DNA of 64,000 bases. Source: the human T2T-CHM13v2.0 reference genome, Homo sapiens. The stretch's first letter is position 1. Each line of letters begins with the position of its first letter. The notes under the pieces were generated by a model, which was not told the DNA's origin, did no database searches, and was given only the letters and a program-made list of their open reading frames with translations. Where the stretch lies: NCBI RefSeq assembly GCF_009914755.1, contig NC_060934.1; one strand, written 5' to 3'. The translations under genes were made by a program, and so were the position numbers. Positions 27,943 through 43,549 of this stretch are shown here, piece by piece.

Positions 27943-29563
27943 CGAAGCCAACGAGCAACCTCATTGCTGCACGCTGGTAGGTAGATGAAAATATCACATT
28001 TAATCATATTGCGGGGAGGGATATATTTAGATATATATCTACATGATAAACCCACTATTGTTTATAACACCATAATGATTAAATAACTATGAAAAGCCGC
28101 TGGGTCTATGTATCTGTGCAACTACCTAATTACTTGAAGATAAAAAATATATTTATTTTGGGGAAAAATAAAAGGAAGAAAACATATCGGTACCAAGGCT
28201 TTACTTAAAAAAGACTTGTAAATGATTACTATGTAGATAATACGGTGACCGAAAACTAAAGAGACAGATAAACTTACTGGCTGTGGAAGAATTTCACCAG
28301 TACTAATTTCATCCCTAAATGGAAAATGTTATTGCAACAATTTACTTCACTTTACAGTTCAGAGTTCCACAACTCCTATTTGGCATCTGCATCCATAATG
28401 TTGTGGCTGAGATTATATTGTAGTTTCTAAAACTTCTTGACGAACGGTAATTCTCCCTTCAAGTGGAAAGTCTTTTTCTCAATGTGAAATTGTAGTGCAG
28501 AATTCATGATGTATCACGACCTAGGTCGAAATTTGAAGTTTCTTATTCCCTCCCAAATTTACTCATAACACATCCAGTGGTAGCAACTGAAGCCTGGAAA
28601 TATTAATTCTCTAATATCTCTGTGATAACATCTTTTTATTACACCTGCAAAAGAAATTAAACCAGTCAGCAGCAGCCATAGAGGCCAAGATAACACAAGA
28701 TAACAGTTTTATTAAAAAACCCACACATACCCTTGACAAAGGACAGTTTTCCTGAACCGAGCAGTTTAAATAAGGCAACTGATAGACAGACAGGAGGAGG
28801 TAGAAGCAAAGTTCCTGTGTATTTTTTTGGGGGGGGGTCATGTTTTTTTATTTAACCTGAGGTTTGAGGCTCTTCCTTTGATAAATATTAACCCTTTACC
28901 ATTTTTATAATGTGCGTTTATCCAGAACTCCAGACGAACAGCGACCAAACTGGAAAGCCCAGCGTAGGGCAACCTCTGAATTCTGAAATATGTACAGACA
29001 TATAGTGAAATGTAGCTGTATCATTTTATGCTCACACTGGCACATGAACAGCATCTAGATAATATTATTTGTTTAACTCTCATAAAACTCAAGGCTGTTC
29101 AATTACATCTGCCATTAAGATTCCAGTTCACACTTTAATCATGTTTCAACTGCTTCATGGCCACAGCTCTTGGCTGGCCTTTGCCATTCATCTAGATTAT
29201 GGATTTAATATGCCCCAGATTCAGGGGCATGTTTCATTTTCTCCCCCTTCCTCATTGTCATTTGCCCATTCTGCCAATTAGGTTAGCTCCAAATATTCCA
29301 AGAAATTAGATTTTAATATTTATTACTAATTTCCTCCTGTACTTAATATCACAGGCTCTCCTTATTTAATTCATGCTTCTGTTTTAGTGGATGGCTTGAG
29401 TTGTAAATCAGATTTATTACTGGAGATAGTCGTTCACCTTTCCTTGTTATGCAGATGGATTTCTGTCTGTGAAAGGCTGTTGAACAGTGGTTGTTAAGAC
29501 CAGTGAAGAGGCCACCGTCGTAAGCATCATTAGCAGAAACTTGCTAAAAATGAAGATTCCTGG

Positions 29564-29882
<319 letters not shown>

Positions 29883-31633
29883 CTATTCCTGGCTCCTTGG
29901 GATTCTTCACTGTGTGTGGTGAGGCTTAGAAAATCTCTATCTTTATAAAGCTTCCTAAGTTAATTGCAATGTAAAGTCACGTTTGAGAACAGCTGCTATT
30001 TATAGCAGATATCTCCCACCCTGAGTTGGAAAGAGTTTTCTAACTATGGGGCAGGGTTTCATGTATCTCAAATGCTTTGAGGGAACTAGTCAGCTCCAGC
30101 TCTTTTAGTTCTTTGAGCAGAAGTCCCACCATCCAAATTGCAGTTCATTTGCCCAGTACATAACTTACGAAGGGCACATAATCCCTAAAGGGTTGTTATT
30201 TGCTATTTAGGAGGTATCCATCTAGTTAGGCTTTTGCCTTCTCAAATAAAAGTCAGTGTTGCCCCTTGCTTGCCCTCTTTTTACTTTCTATTCTCATGGA
30301 AACCTTACCTATTCTGTCTTAGAAGAGTCAACAGGTTTTCAAGTCATTTCCCACTCCCTCCTTCTCCCCACCAAATATAAGGACTAAATTTACTCATGAC
30401 CAAGGGTTCTCATGAGAACAAAGATACAGGGTTTGATAGAGCTTGAAAGATTTAAATCGGCAATTAAGGCTTTAACTTATCACCTGTCAGCAGATTCCCC
30501 TCACCTGATGATCTGCTATGAGATGGTAAATTAAAGCTCATAGTTGAATGTATATTCTGGTCCTGGTCTTCTCACCTGAGTTTCCATTCCATATTTCCAG
30601 CTTCCTGATGGGGTTTTTCACTTATATGTTTGATGACATCCAACCCAACATGAACCACCAAATTTATCGTCTTTGACGACGAAAAAAAAAAAAAAAAAAA
30701 ACAAGCTCCACCTCCCAGGTCTCCATCTCGACTAAACAAATTACCATATCTTGCCACTTGCCACTTGAGTTGTAAACTTGTGTGTAAATACTTTGTTAAA
30801 AATAGAAATGATAATGGAGTTTTGCCCAAACCTATTATTAAAGGAAAAAACCCCAAAATCCTTCTAGCAGCCTTTTTTTCATTTTCCAAATTCATTATAC
30901 CTTATCATCTCAAATTTGCATTAATAAAATTTCTTCACTAGCGCACAATGGATGATGGACAACAAAGTTTATAATATACTAGCATATTATTTTTCCTGAA
31001 TTTTATCCCTCTCCCTTTGCTCATTATTTTACCCTCAGTAAATATACTAATTATGAATATTTGAGGGTATATATCTAGAAGCCCCAATCCATGTCAGACA
31101 ACACATAATTTTATACATAAACCATATAATTCCACCTTTCTGTGCCTTTGTGCAACCTGGCCTCTCAACCTGCAATGCTTATTTGCTCTTTTTTTGGTGA
31201 ATTCCTATTCAACCTTAAAGACTCAGCTTTACTGAATCTTCTGCATAGAACATTTTTTCATTCTCCTCATTTAGAATTTAGTAAAGTTTCATGCAACTAG
31301 TATTTGTGCCTCAGGTCTAGCCAGCTCAGTGTGAGTGAGGGCCCTCACTCATCTCATATGCCCTGATAAACTATAGGTTTAAAGGAATAATTTCAAAGTA
31401 AGGCATAGAGTCATGTGAAGAATAAGATGATAAATCTAAAAATGGATCCTGCCCTTGAGTACATTTCAAGTTACTAGGGTCAATGAGAAAACTATTGGCA
31501 CTTTAGGGATATTTTCTTAACGGCTCAGGTTTGTTCTTCCACAAGTAACTATATGGATCAAATGGTGTGCATTAGATTCAGGGCCTTCCAGATTCTTGCT
31601 AGAAAAACTCTCCCTAAAATGACATCATAGCTG

Positions 31634-31938
31634 TTTTATGTTTTTGTTTTTGTTTTGAGATGGAGTCTTGCTCTGTTGCCCAGGCTGGAGTGCAGTGGCA
31701 TGATCTCAGCTCACTGCAACCTCTGCCTTCTGGGTTAAAGTGAATCTTGTGCCTCAGCCTCCCGAGTAGCTGGGGCTACAGGTGCACGCCACCATGCCTG
31801 GCTAATTATTGTACTTTTGATAGAGATGGGATTTCACCGTGTTGGTCAGGCTGGTCTTGAACTCCTGACCTCAGGTGATCCACCCACCTCATGCTCCCAA
31901 AGTGCTGGTATTACAGGCATGAGCCAGTGCACCCAGCC
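31634..31938 (-). mobile_element. AluS-like
   Basis: Alu consensus; TSD CAT(C/T)ATAGCT. Confidence 0.93.
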
Positions 31939-33846
31939 CATTATAGCTCTTAAGATACACGATACAGAAGGCTAGGGCAAATGCATACACGAGAGATGGG
32001 GAGGACAAGGGAGGCATCACAGAAGATGTGAAGAAGGTTTGGCTGGTTTGTTAAGGTGAGGAGTGTGCAGTCCAAGGTACGTGACCATGAGCTATGCCAT
32101 GAAGTGAAGCTGCTCTGACACTGAAACCATGTCTTCCAGTGGCCAGAGCAATAAAATAGGGACCAGTGATTCAGTCTCTTTTGGTAACAGTCGCCTGCCA
32201 GTCGTTCTCCCATTCTCTCTCAGATCTCTCTTTCTGGGACGTAGAACTCCAGGAAGGATAGGCCCAGTTTTCTTTCAACTGCCCATTCCCCACAATGTGT
32301 ATATAAACAATTACAATGCATATTTAAAGAACACCTGCCATAAGAAAAAAAAATACAAAGATTCCCTAGATGCTTATTGTGTAAATGAATGCAAGTCTCC
32401 ACTGATGAGTTATTTGATAAGAAGAAGCATGTCATGGGGACAGGTTCACAAATGAATAAACTGAATAAACTGGATCTGAAGGTTAACTGCGGGAATGGGA
32501 TTTTGAATATATCTCTGCAGGCTATAAATTATGCATATAATTATTCATAAAAACAATATTTGTTAAGCACCTGATATGTGCAAGTTATCTGCTAGGTAAA
32601 ATGATGAAGATGATATAAAGATATATGAAGAAGCTGATATAAAGACATGATGAACTATATCCAAAAGAAATTAAATAGGAGTGATTCAAAAGGTGATGGT
32701 CATGATCATCAACATCAGACAGATAAAGATCTAGAAATCCATGTGATTTCAGACAAGGGGAAGATGTTGTCCAGGCAAATGTCTCTGGAAAGATGTCATG
32801 CAAATGTTGGCATTGAACTGAGCCTTAAAGTACAGGTGGACAAGGAGAAATAGGTGAAGAAGTGGGGAGAAATATTCCAATCTGGAATATCATGAGTAGA
32901 CGTACACTTTGGTCAAGACAGCAGTGCTTCCAGTCTAACACTAGCTTGACTGCATTCTATTCCCTTTTCCAACTCTTTGTATTGTTTTTGCAACATCATA
33001 GCCTTTGTTTGCTAAACATGGATGCCAGCTGCCATCAGGTACTAAAAGTCAAAGGGAGCCACTCAGGCCATGACCCTCCCTCAACCTTCTGGATAACATG
33101 TTTCTCATTCTCCCTTATTCTCATACAGGTTCAAGTCTCTCCTTTCCGCAAAGAGAATTTCAGAAACATACCTGTCAGGAGTGGTTAGACCCTTAAGAAA
33201 AACTGCATGAAAACCAAGAACCACAGGAATGGCTAGGAACAAAACAAGGACTACATTCAAAATTTAGCTCAGCTTAGATACCACAGTTAATGAATTCCCA
33301 AATGGAACGTGTTGGTGGGTGGGGGGCAGACACCATCCAGTCTCTAATGACATTCAGGTATCTGCAAATGCTTTCCTTGTGTTCCCATAAAAGCAAACAG
33401 GGAAGTGAATCTGAAAACCAAAATAAGGCTAGTAAATTCTTGAAAAGAGACAGTTCTTTTTCCTTGGAGACAAACCAAATTATGCATTTGCTTCTCTCAC
33501 CAACAACATACTCTGGCTCAAACATTTTTAAAAGAAGGCTGCTGAACATCTGCTGAGCAATTAATGGGATGCAACAGCATGTTGTAATGGTCCCTGGGAA
33601 GGTATTAGCAATCCTGCTTATGAGACATGAAATGTTGCTAACAATGGTTCTTTTTTTTTTCTTTTAATTTTTATTTTCCCCTGCCTACAGGGGGGATGAG
33701 AGAAAGAGAAATAGAGTTGATGTGGAAGTTCTACATCTAATACTCCTCCCCACTGTTTCTCTTTTTTTTTTTTTTCAGGCTTCCTTCTCCTTCTCTTCCT
33801 AGCCACCCAAATATTAATGTGTTAATTTCAACCTAATAAAAGCAAT

Positions 33847-34138
33847 TGTGGTGGCTCATGCCTGTAATCCCAGCACTTTGGGAGGCTGAGGCAGACAGAT
33901 CACTTGAGCTCAGGAGTTTGAGACCAGCCTGGGCAACATGGTGAAACCCTGTCTCTACCAAAAACACAAAGAAACTTAGCCGGGCATGGTGGCATGAATC
34001 TGGTCCCAGCTACTTGGGAGGCTGAGGGCTTGAGCCCAGGGGGCAGAGGTTGCAGTGATCCGAGATCATGCCACTTCACTCCAGCTTGGGTGACTGGGTG
34101 AGACCCCATCTCAAAAAAAAAAAAAAAAAGAAACAAAA
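33847..34138 (+). mobile_element. AluJ-like
   Basis: Alu dimer with A-tail. Confidence 0.9.
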
Positions 34139-35299
34139 CTGTGGCAAGTGTGTCTCGGCCCACCGATACCCTACCAAAGTGCCAAGTTTTCCATGAGTGA
34201 AGGGGGAATTCCCTCCACTGTTTTTTGTATATGTAGGGTCTACCACCCTATTCAAATATTTTTTTTCTTTTTTTCTTTTAATCAGGTAGCTAAAGGTAAC
34301 GTAGGAGCAATCACCAACAGGAAACAGATCCCTCCCATATTTTACTTCCTTATCACAATTGCTGTTCCCGTTGACACGTTTGTCTTTTGCATAAGAAAAT
34401 CGAGCCCTGAGTGACTGTGCTCCTGTGGACACCGCCAGCTCTAATGCGTTATGACCAGCATAGCCAAACTCAATATAGCAAAAGTTTCCAAAACTCAGTT
34501 ATTCCATCAGCCCATGACATTATCTTTGTTTACTTATCAAACTGGAGCTAATTATCCACATATAAATCTATATCTACTCCAGTTGCTGAACTAGCCATGA
34601 CAGAAAACTTAATAATGCCAGTTGATCAGGCTTGGAATTATATAGCCGAAAGACCCTACTATCAAAACTAACAGGAAAGATTTCTACAATGGTTGGAAGT
34701 CAAAGAATTTTCTCACTCTCTCCAAATTGGTCCAGGCTAAGATTGGGCTTTTATTTGGAAATGGATATTTTTTTCTTTGGTGACTTTGTGTTACACATAC
34801 CTATACTGCAAGGGGTTCTTCTTTAAATCTCAGTGTGCATATCTGGGTCCCCAAAATATACCTCCCTTTTGCCAGCCCTTCTTCCCAGGAGTCTTAGTCC
34901 TGCTTCCGAAACTCCTAGTTATAGAAAAAACTACAAACATGAATTGGAAACATTTTTCAGTTCTTCCCAACTTTGCATTATTTTTTGTCATCTGGAGTTT
35001 TTACCAGTGGGATTAACATATCATGGTTATCAGGAATTGACTTCCCTTCCCACATGGAGCTATAAATCCAAGGACCTTTGGATGCCTTTGCTGTATTCAG
35101 TTTCTCTGGCCAAGCCAGCTGGCCAAACCAGTCTCAGCTAATTACCCACTTTTTGATCTCAATATTTCAGCTTGGTCCCAGCTCTAAACTATTTGTCATT
35201 GAAGAAAGTTTCCTTAAGTAACATTTAAAATAAGGTTTCCTTTTTTTTACATACCACTTCTCCCTAAAGTTAAATACGGTTAACATATCAATCTTTTAA

Positions 35300-35450
35300 A
35301 ATTTTTTAAATTCACACATAACAATTATACATATTCATGGGGTACATAGTGATGCTGTGATACATAAGCATAGTGATCAGATCTGGGTAATTAACATATC
35401 CATCATTTCAATCATTTATCGTTTCTTTGTGGTGGGAACATTCATTATCT
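35300..35450 (-). mobile_element. L1 (L1MA-like) 3'-end fragment
   Basis: ATACATATTCATGGGGTACATAGTGATG...GGAACATTC motif. Confidence 0.7.
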
Positions 35451-37803
35451 TCCAAAATGATCTGAACCATCATTAGAGCATAATGCAATAATCAGTTAAA
35501 TAAAAACCAGACACAGATGGAGGAGAAGTATGGAAGGAAGAAAAAGAGTGAAATGTGAATGGCCTCCAGAATTGAAGAATGGGAGAAATAGGGTTAGTTC
35601 CAGGTCTAGCTTGACCTCCAGTGCTCTCCTGTTCAACAGAGCAAGGTCTCCGGACTAAAAAAGGCACTGTGTTCGGATACACCAAACCTAAAGATAGTGT
35701 TCATTCAAAGGCTGCTTATGCTATAAAAGCAAATTTTGCATCATGAAGGATAGACAAGTTGGCCACATCCCTTCAAACCCAGACTTCAGTATGGAATATC
35801 CGGCTTAGTTGTTTTTAATTTCTAAACTCAAAGGGAACAAGTAGTGGCTGATGAAGTTCAGTCTGCTACCTAAACAGGCTCCATGGTCTGATTAGATGAA
35901 ATAAATCAGTGAATCTTTTTAAAACGATATTCAGTGGTTACTTTCTACTCAGTTGACATTTGTCAGTGGCTTGGCTATTAGGATGACTACAACTCTTGTT
36001 TCTGGAATTTGATCATTCTCCCATACAACTAGTCATGTGTGACTCTGCCATGTGCTACCCCCATTCACCAAACACCAAAGCTCAACATTTTGGGTAGGAA
36101 AAGGCCAGTCAGGACCATCAAATGCCCTGAGATAAGTTGGCAGTGGCAGCCTTTTCTTCAGAGAATTTTCACCAGCATACGATTCAGAAAGTGGCTTTTA
36201 CCAGCAATAGCAGTTTATGAGGGCAGAGACTCTGTCCCCTATGTTGACAACATTGCTTGGCCCAGCGTAGGCAGGCACTCGGTAAATATCTGTTCAATGG
36301 ATGTGTTAGGGTGAAAAGATGCAGAATAGGAGATGTGCCCTACTCAATCCTCCTTGCTCCTTACACTCATCTTTTTCAAGGAATGCTCTGAATCAGTCAC
36401 ACTTCTGTTCAAAGGTCTTGATGGCTTCCCAGACCTTTGATGGCTTACTCACTAAAGTAAGTACAAACGGCACACCCTGGCATGTTTCCACCCTCCACAC
36501 CTCCATACTCCATGCTGAGGAACAGTGACTTTAAATAGTGGGATTGAAAAAACAACAAGAGCAATAAAATATTCTATGAAATCCAATAAAGAAAAAAGAT
36601 AAAATCCAAGAAGGTAAGAAGTCAGTGGTCAGCCTGCTTGGCCTTCCGCTAGACCTAGCAGAGCCTCGTGAAATCTCCAGGAAACCAGAGAATGGTGCTT
36701 GCAATAGCTACTTTTTGTCCTCATTTACTCAGCATCCCCAAAGCCCTTTAGGCTTTACTTCCTTGGTGCTTTGGTGCTTAGAATGACCTCTTGCATTTAA
36801 TGCTATCCATACTTTAAGGTTCTTCCTCGAAACCACCTACTCCATGAAACAATCCTGTATCATTTTGACAGGATATAACTCATACCTGCTTTAAATTTCC
36901 TATACAGCTTTAGTTGCTAATAATAATAACAGTAAAAATAAATATTAAAGCTATGTTTCAGACACTATCCTAAGTGCATTACCTGAATTAATCTTCACAC
37001 AATCCCACTGGCAGAGATGCTATTACCATCTCTGAGACATACAGAAGTTAAATGTCTTTCCCAGGATTCCATAGTGAGTAACAAAGCCAAGATTGAAACT
37101 AATGTTCTGACTGGAAAAAAAAATCCAAGTGCTTAAATATGTTACGTAGTCTCTCTCTCTATAAGCATTTATGCAGTTTGCTCACTGACTACTCTCCACT
37201 GCCAATTCTTCCCATCCCACAGTACCACTGCCATTGCTACACCGAACTTCCCCACACCACAACCAGGTTATAAGTTTTGTGAAGATGAAGACCACTTTGC
37301 ACTGGTGTTTGTACTCCATGGAGCACCAGCATGGTACTCTGCAAAAATAAGTACTCAATAAATATTGTTAATTTATTATTAATACATCACAACAATGTCT
37401 GTTTCTAAGTGCTTGTATTATCATTGAAAACTATCCTAAGCTACTTGTGTTATCATCTATTCTAAGTTACTTGTATTATTATTGAAAACTCTCCATAAGC
37501 TTAGAAGGAGGATCCCCCATCCTCACCACCACCTTCTCAGTTGAAGAGATGGAAGCTCAATGACATTAAGTAAATTGTAAGATCATGACCAATTCCAGGT
37601 TCAATTCCTGGGTGTGGCCCTGTACCACTCCTAAGTTCCTGCTATCTCTACTGCGTTACATTATCCTGAAACGTAAAGAAAGAAAATTCTTTGTAATATG
37701 AATATGTTGAAAATAAGACTTTGCAGAAAGACCCCCACAAATGTATTTGTTAATGTTATTTTCAGGATTTCTGATGAGATAAATAAAGCATGCTTCCATG
37801 TGA

Positions 37804-38135
<332 letters not shown>

Positions 38136-38334
38136 GAAAGTGTCACCTTTTTCTGTTGTTTAACGGTTCTCCATTAAGGCAGAAACACCAAGCAAGGGAA
38201 CCTCCAAGATCCGATGACTGATTTGATTTCTGATTAGCATTGTTACCATCTAGCCTTTTTATGAGGAAGGAAGCACGGACTAGGATTCCCTTTGCCAGAG
38301 CCACCAGCCAGAACCCCGGGACATGGACACTGAC

Positions 38335-38434
38335 CCGCTGTTAAGTGAGCAGCATGGACAAGGACTCGGACTCCTGGCTTCAGCTCGAAGTGTACTGAGT
38401 TTTGGTTGAGCGTGTGGATCAGCAATTCTGATAT
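38335..38434 (-). CDS. SORCS1: SORCS1 coding exon (~exon 24), 100 nt, ISELLIHTLNQNSVHFELKPGVRVLVHAAHLTA
   Basis: Acceptor TTTTTCAG|ATATCA, donor GCGG|GTCAGT; phase 0 to 1. Confidence 0.96.
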
Positions 38435-39135
38435 CTGAAAAAAGAAGCATAGTTAGTGACACCAAAAGTGTCATACTGATTATAAACCAATAAGCTTAGA
38501 AATATTTACTATTTTCACCAAGGTATCACAATATTATACCCGTGAGTTATATAAATAAGGTTTATATGATTTTGATTTAATTCCAGAATATGCAGATACA
38601 ATTATTTTTAAGCATGACCTGTCTTTACGTGCTAATTGCAACAAAATAGAAGAAACTATTAGTGAATGAAAATAATTATACTCTTTAAAAATTATTCTGT
38701 ATGATCTTAGAAAACTTACCCCCAGTCTTTTGAGAGAACATTTGTTATGCATGAGGACTTAAAAGAAGTATATACAATTTACACATTCCGATAAGATTAA
38801 TATATATTCATTTTACTTCCATTCTATTTCCCAAACCATGTGATTTTCACAAAACACTTTATGAATATTTATTGTATGGTAAATATAGTTCTGCTAAAAT
38901 ATGCAATTGAAACAAAGTACAGCCACAACGTAAGTAACAAATTGGCTAACCTTTATTTCATGCTTATAAATATTATCTAAACTGTTCCTCAGGCTGACAC
39001 ACGGATACCGGGCAGACCCATGGAATTCTGGACTATGAAATATTTAACCCCAAGCACGGGGCAAATAACTTCATTTGGGTAGAAATAGTGTAAGGTAAGG
39101 TTTTATGGATGAGGTAAAATGGTTCGTCTGTTTAG

Positions 39136-39543
<408 letters not shown>

Positions 39544-40084
39544 CACTCCTATTACTTTTATCTGGTCTGCTAGCCTTATTTTTAATATTCTAATAATCAC
39601 TTAATATTTTACTTAACATGTTATTTAAGTCTAATTAGATGCTTTCTGACCATCATTCTGCTAATTAAATTCTTAATTTTTTTTTCCTTTTCTATTTGTT
39701 GAGTTTTATTTCCTTCAGTGAGTTGCCAAAATAACGCCTTTAATCCCTTTATTTGTTAAGCAGGGCCTGATGGCTTAGTTTGGAAACAGACAGTCACCTG
39801 CAGAAGCCCCTGATTGGTGACAGAACTGAACTGCCCCACAGATAAACTTCTCTCCTGAACAACAGGAACAGAGGATGACCATCACTGCCCAGTCGTTGAG
39901 CACCTGGGATCCAGAGCAAGCCCAGCCTTTCAAATGCTGTCATTTAGCAAACAATGCAGAAAAACAAGATTGTCATAAAACTATGCTGAAAACAAAAACA
40001 ACTTTATTCTGTGTATTAGGCTACTTCTTTTCTTGGGTGCTGGGAATCAACCAGAATGATTCAGGTTTACAGAAGTGGATTTCT

Positions 40085-40413
40085 GGCCGGGCACAGTGGC
40101 TCACTTTGGGAGGCTGAGGTGGGTGGATCACTTCAGTTCAGGAGTTCGAGACCAGCATGGCCAACATGGTGAAATCCCATCTCTACTAAAACTACAAAAA
40201 ATTAGCCAGGCATGGTGGTGCACACCTGTACTCCCAGTTACTTGGGAGGCTGAGGCCAGAAAAATCACTTGAACCCAGAAGGCAGACGTTGCAGTGAGCC
40301 AAGATCATGCCACTGCACTCCAGCCTCAGAGACAGAGTAAAACTCTAATTCAAAAAAAAAAAGAGGAGGAGGAGGAGGAGAAGGAAGGGGAGGGGAAGGA
40401 GAAGGAGAAGTGG
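40085..40413 (+). mobile_element. AluS-like with purine-rich tail extension
   Basis: Perfect 14-bp TSD AGAAGTGGATTTCT (40071, 40414). Confidence 0.93.
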
Positions 40414-40643
40414 AGAAGTGGATTTCTAACACAGATTGCATACAATGGTTTTCCTCTGTGTTCTTATCTTTTAATTGGCAGAGTCTTTATAGGAATCAGA
40501 CAGTGGAGTTTTTAGAGGTCTATCACAAAGGTTTTAGCTATGAAATACACACACATACATGCACACACACAGATACAGAATTTCAGAAAAAATATTTTTT
40601 ATTCAAATATGAAAGACTTGGTCAAAAGTAATGAGGGAATTAG

Positions 40644-41128
<485 letters not shown>

Positions 41129-43493
41129 TAGCTAAACCAGAAAATGGAGTTTATCAAAATAACATATTTTTAATTTATAATCTCCAGGAGAGACCCTTGT
41201 GAAAATAATTAACTACTTGGTTTTGTTTTGGTTTACAACATTGTTTCATTGGCTCTATCTGTGTCACTTACAAAATTTTAAGAAGGAAATTTAAATTTAA
41301 AAATTATCTGGTAACAGAAAGTACGTTTCATATATTTAACTTGCATCAAAGGACATTCAACAATGAACACATGCTTTGTGAGAAAAAATTTGCATAAGAA
41401 AACAAAACTAAATAAAATTTACATTGCATATAAGAATAATCTCAATTAGAACCATGTGCTTTTCTACTGAAATGAGTATGAAACTGTTGACAGATTTTGA
41501 CAATATTTTAGATGTTTTCCACACCACTTGTAGAAGTGTTTATCCTGTATTTTTTCAAAAGATTACAAGTTGTTACATATATTCTAAAGGACATTATATA
41601 TGCTGTGAACACTATTTTGGTAAAGTTGCTTGCTTCTTACTATCTTTTCTAGCAGAACACATCTTAGGTGTCAGTGCTGGCATCTTCATGGAAAGGAACA
41701 TGGAGCTTAAAGGAAATACCAAAGTTTATTCAGTTAATATTTGAAGAGTTGAGACTAGACTTTGGCTTTGTTTGACTCCTAATCCTAGGGTATCTCCATT
41801 AAAAATATTTTCCTTGAACAAGCTGACAAAGAGAGAGACAGCAGAAGAGAGTTGGAGAGACGTCTGGCAGGATAGGTTTATAAGATGAGAAAATACAGCA
41901 CTTATATTAATTATGCTGCCTTCTCTCATTCATCTGTGAAGCACCCGAAGTTAAAACATCAGCCCCAATGCCCAGTGACCAATATGGGCTACAGGAGTGG
42001 GGATTTCCTAACACCATCCTCAGAGGGGCCACTTTCTGTTCACCAGTTGCATAATTGGGTAATGTTTGGGAGAGTCTTCGGCTATAGAAAGGAGTAGAAT
42101 AAACTGCATTCTACTGGAAAGTATGGCAACAGCCTAAATGAGAAGAAAAACACTTGCCTGATAGAGACTCAAGTGAAATACTGTGTGATTTCTAGGAGGG
42201 AGACTGAACCTGCTAAAGCAAATTGAATTTATTTCTTTTTCTTTTTCTGTCTGGTGAAAAGCGTGTTGTCTTAACAAATTTCATTTATCCTGTATACAGT
42301 CATCCCTCTTCTGCTGCTTTCCAGCACAGTCCATTTTCTATTCCACATCAGCTAAACAATCACGCCATAGAAACAACACATTATTCTTGGTATCTGCCTA
42401 TTTGGTGGAATATGCCTATTATTCAAGTGCAACCTACATTTCATTTAAAGTCCCACTTAAAAGGACAGTGGAGGCTCAATTCGAATTTTAGGAAAGCTAT
42501 CATCAAAAGGATGTCTTGGGAGGGACCTGTGACAGGGAAAACACCAATGTTCCTCATTGTCTTCTTCACACAAGAGGAAGATTGAATGCAGCACTCAGAA
42601 TCAACTAGATATGGCTGTGGGCAGGGCCTTCAATCAAGAAAGGTCAATTTTTTGCTCACATGTCATATCCATGGCAGCTATGCAGTGGTGTTGGGCTCCC
42701 TGTGGTCACACAGGGACACTGGCTGGTGGAGCGGCCATCACAAGCATTTCCATTCATTACATACAGCACAAGAGGGAAAAGGAGCTAGCAAAATTCTACA
42801 ATGTGCATTTGAATACTTTAGCTTGGAAGTGGCACATATCACTTCTGCTCCCACAGTCCTGAGGCTCTGCCCCAGCAGAATAGACTCATGGTACAGTCCT
42901 ATCATGTACCCTGAAAGCAGTGGGCTGGAAATATTTAGTCACACAGTGATGGTTACCACACAAAGAACACATTCAACATCCAAACAATTTCTAATGAAAT
43001 CAAGAGGGGGAAACACTATCAGATGATCAGAAGTAAAGTGGCAATTCTTGAAACATGAAAAAATAAAAGTTTTAAGGACAGTAGAGTAGTTTATAAATTC
43101 ATAGAACACATAACCCAAATAAGTGGTACAAGGTAAAAATGCAGATGCAAATGGGCTTAGACAAATGTATTAATGGCAAAGCTACACTGGGCTAAAATAC
43201 GAATATTTATTCTGAAGGTGGTAGGATGAATGCAAATCTTACTGAACTTAATAGCATTCTAGTGCCATGTTTAAAGAGGGTGTTGCCTGGGATGACCTGG
43301 GAGCTGGCTCAGTTGGTCAGTCTTGATTCTGCCACACTATTAAAGTCTCTTCAAGTAGCAGTTGAGGAATATTCCTTTTGTGTTAAACAGAGGAAGATCT
43401 TTCCCAATTCATACATTTTTTGCATTGAATGACAGGGAAGCAATGGAGCCAAATACTAAATTCTAATTAACAGTAGCTCAATTTCATTCCTTC

Positions 43494-43497
<4 letters not shown>

Positions 43498-43549
<52 letters not shown>
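43498..43549. repeat. (CA)n microsatellite
   Basis: About 25 units with one interruption. Confidence 0.95.

Noticed and set aside
34270-34460. Possible + strand exon after a pyrimidine tract (TTTAATCAG)
   Set aside because: No partner exons or coding support are visible, so it cannot be distinguished from background.
38243-38334. Read-through extension of the 100-nt exon (GQCPCPGVL...KARW*) as a soluble isoform
   Set aside because: A normal donor is present, no canonical poly(A) signal was seen nearby, and 30 open codons is expected by chance.
42223-43026. Cluster of 100-146 aa ORFs on the + strand
   Set aside because: They overlap old MaLR-like sequence and show no recognisable protein features.
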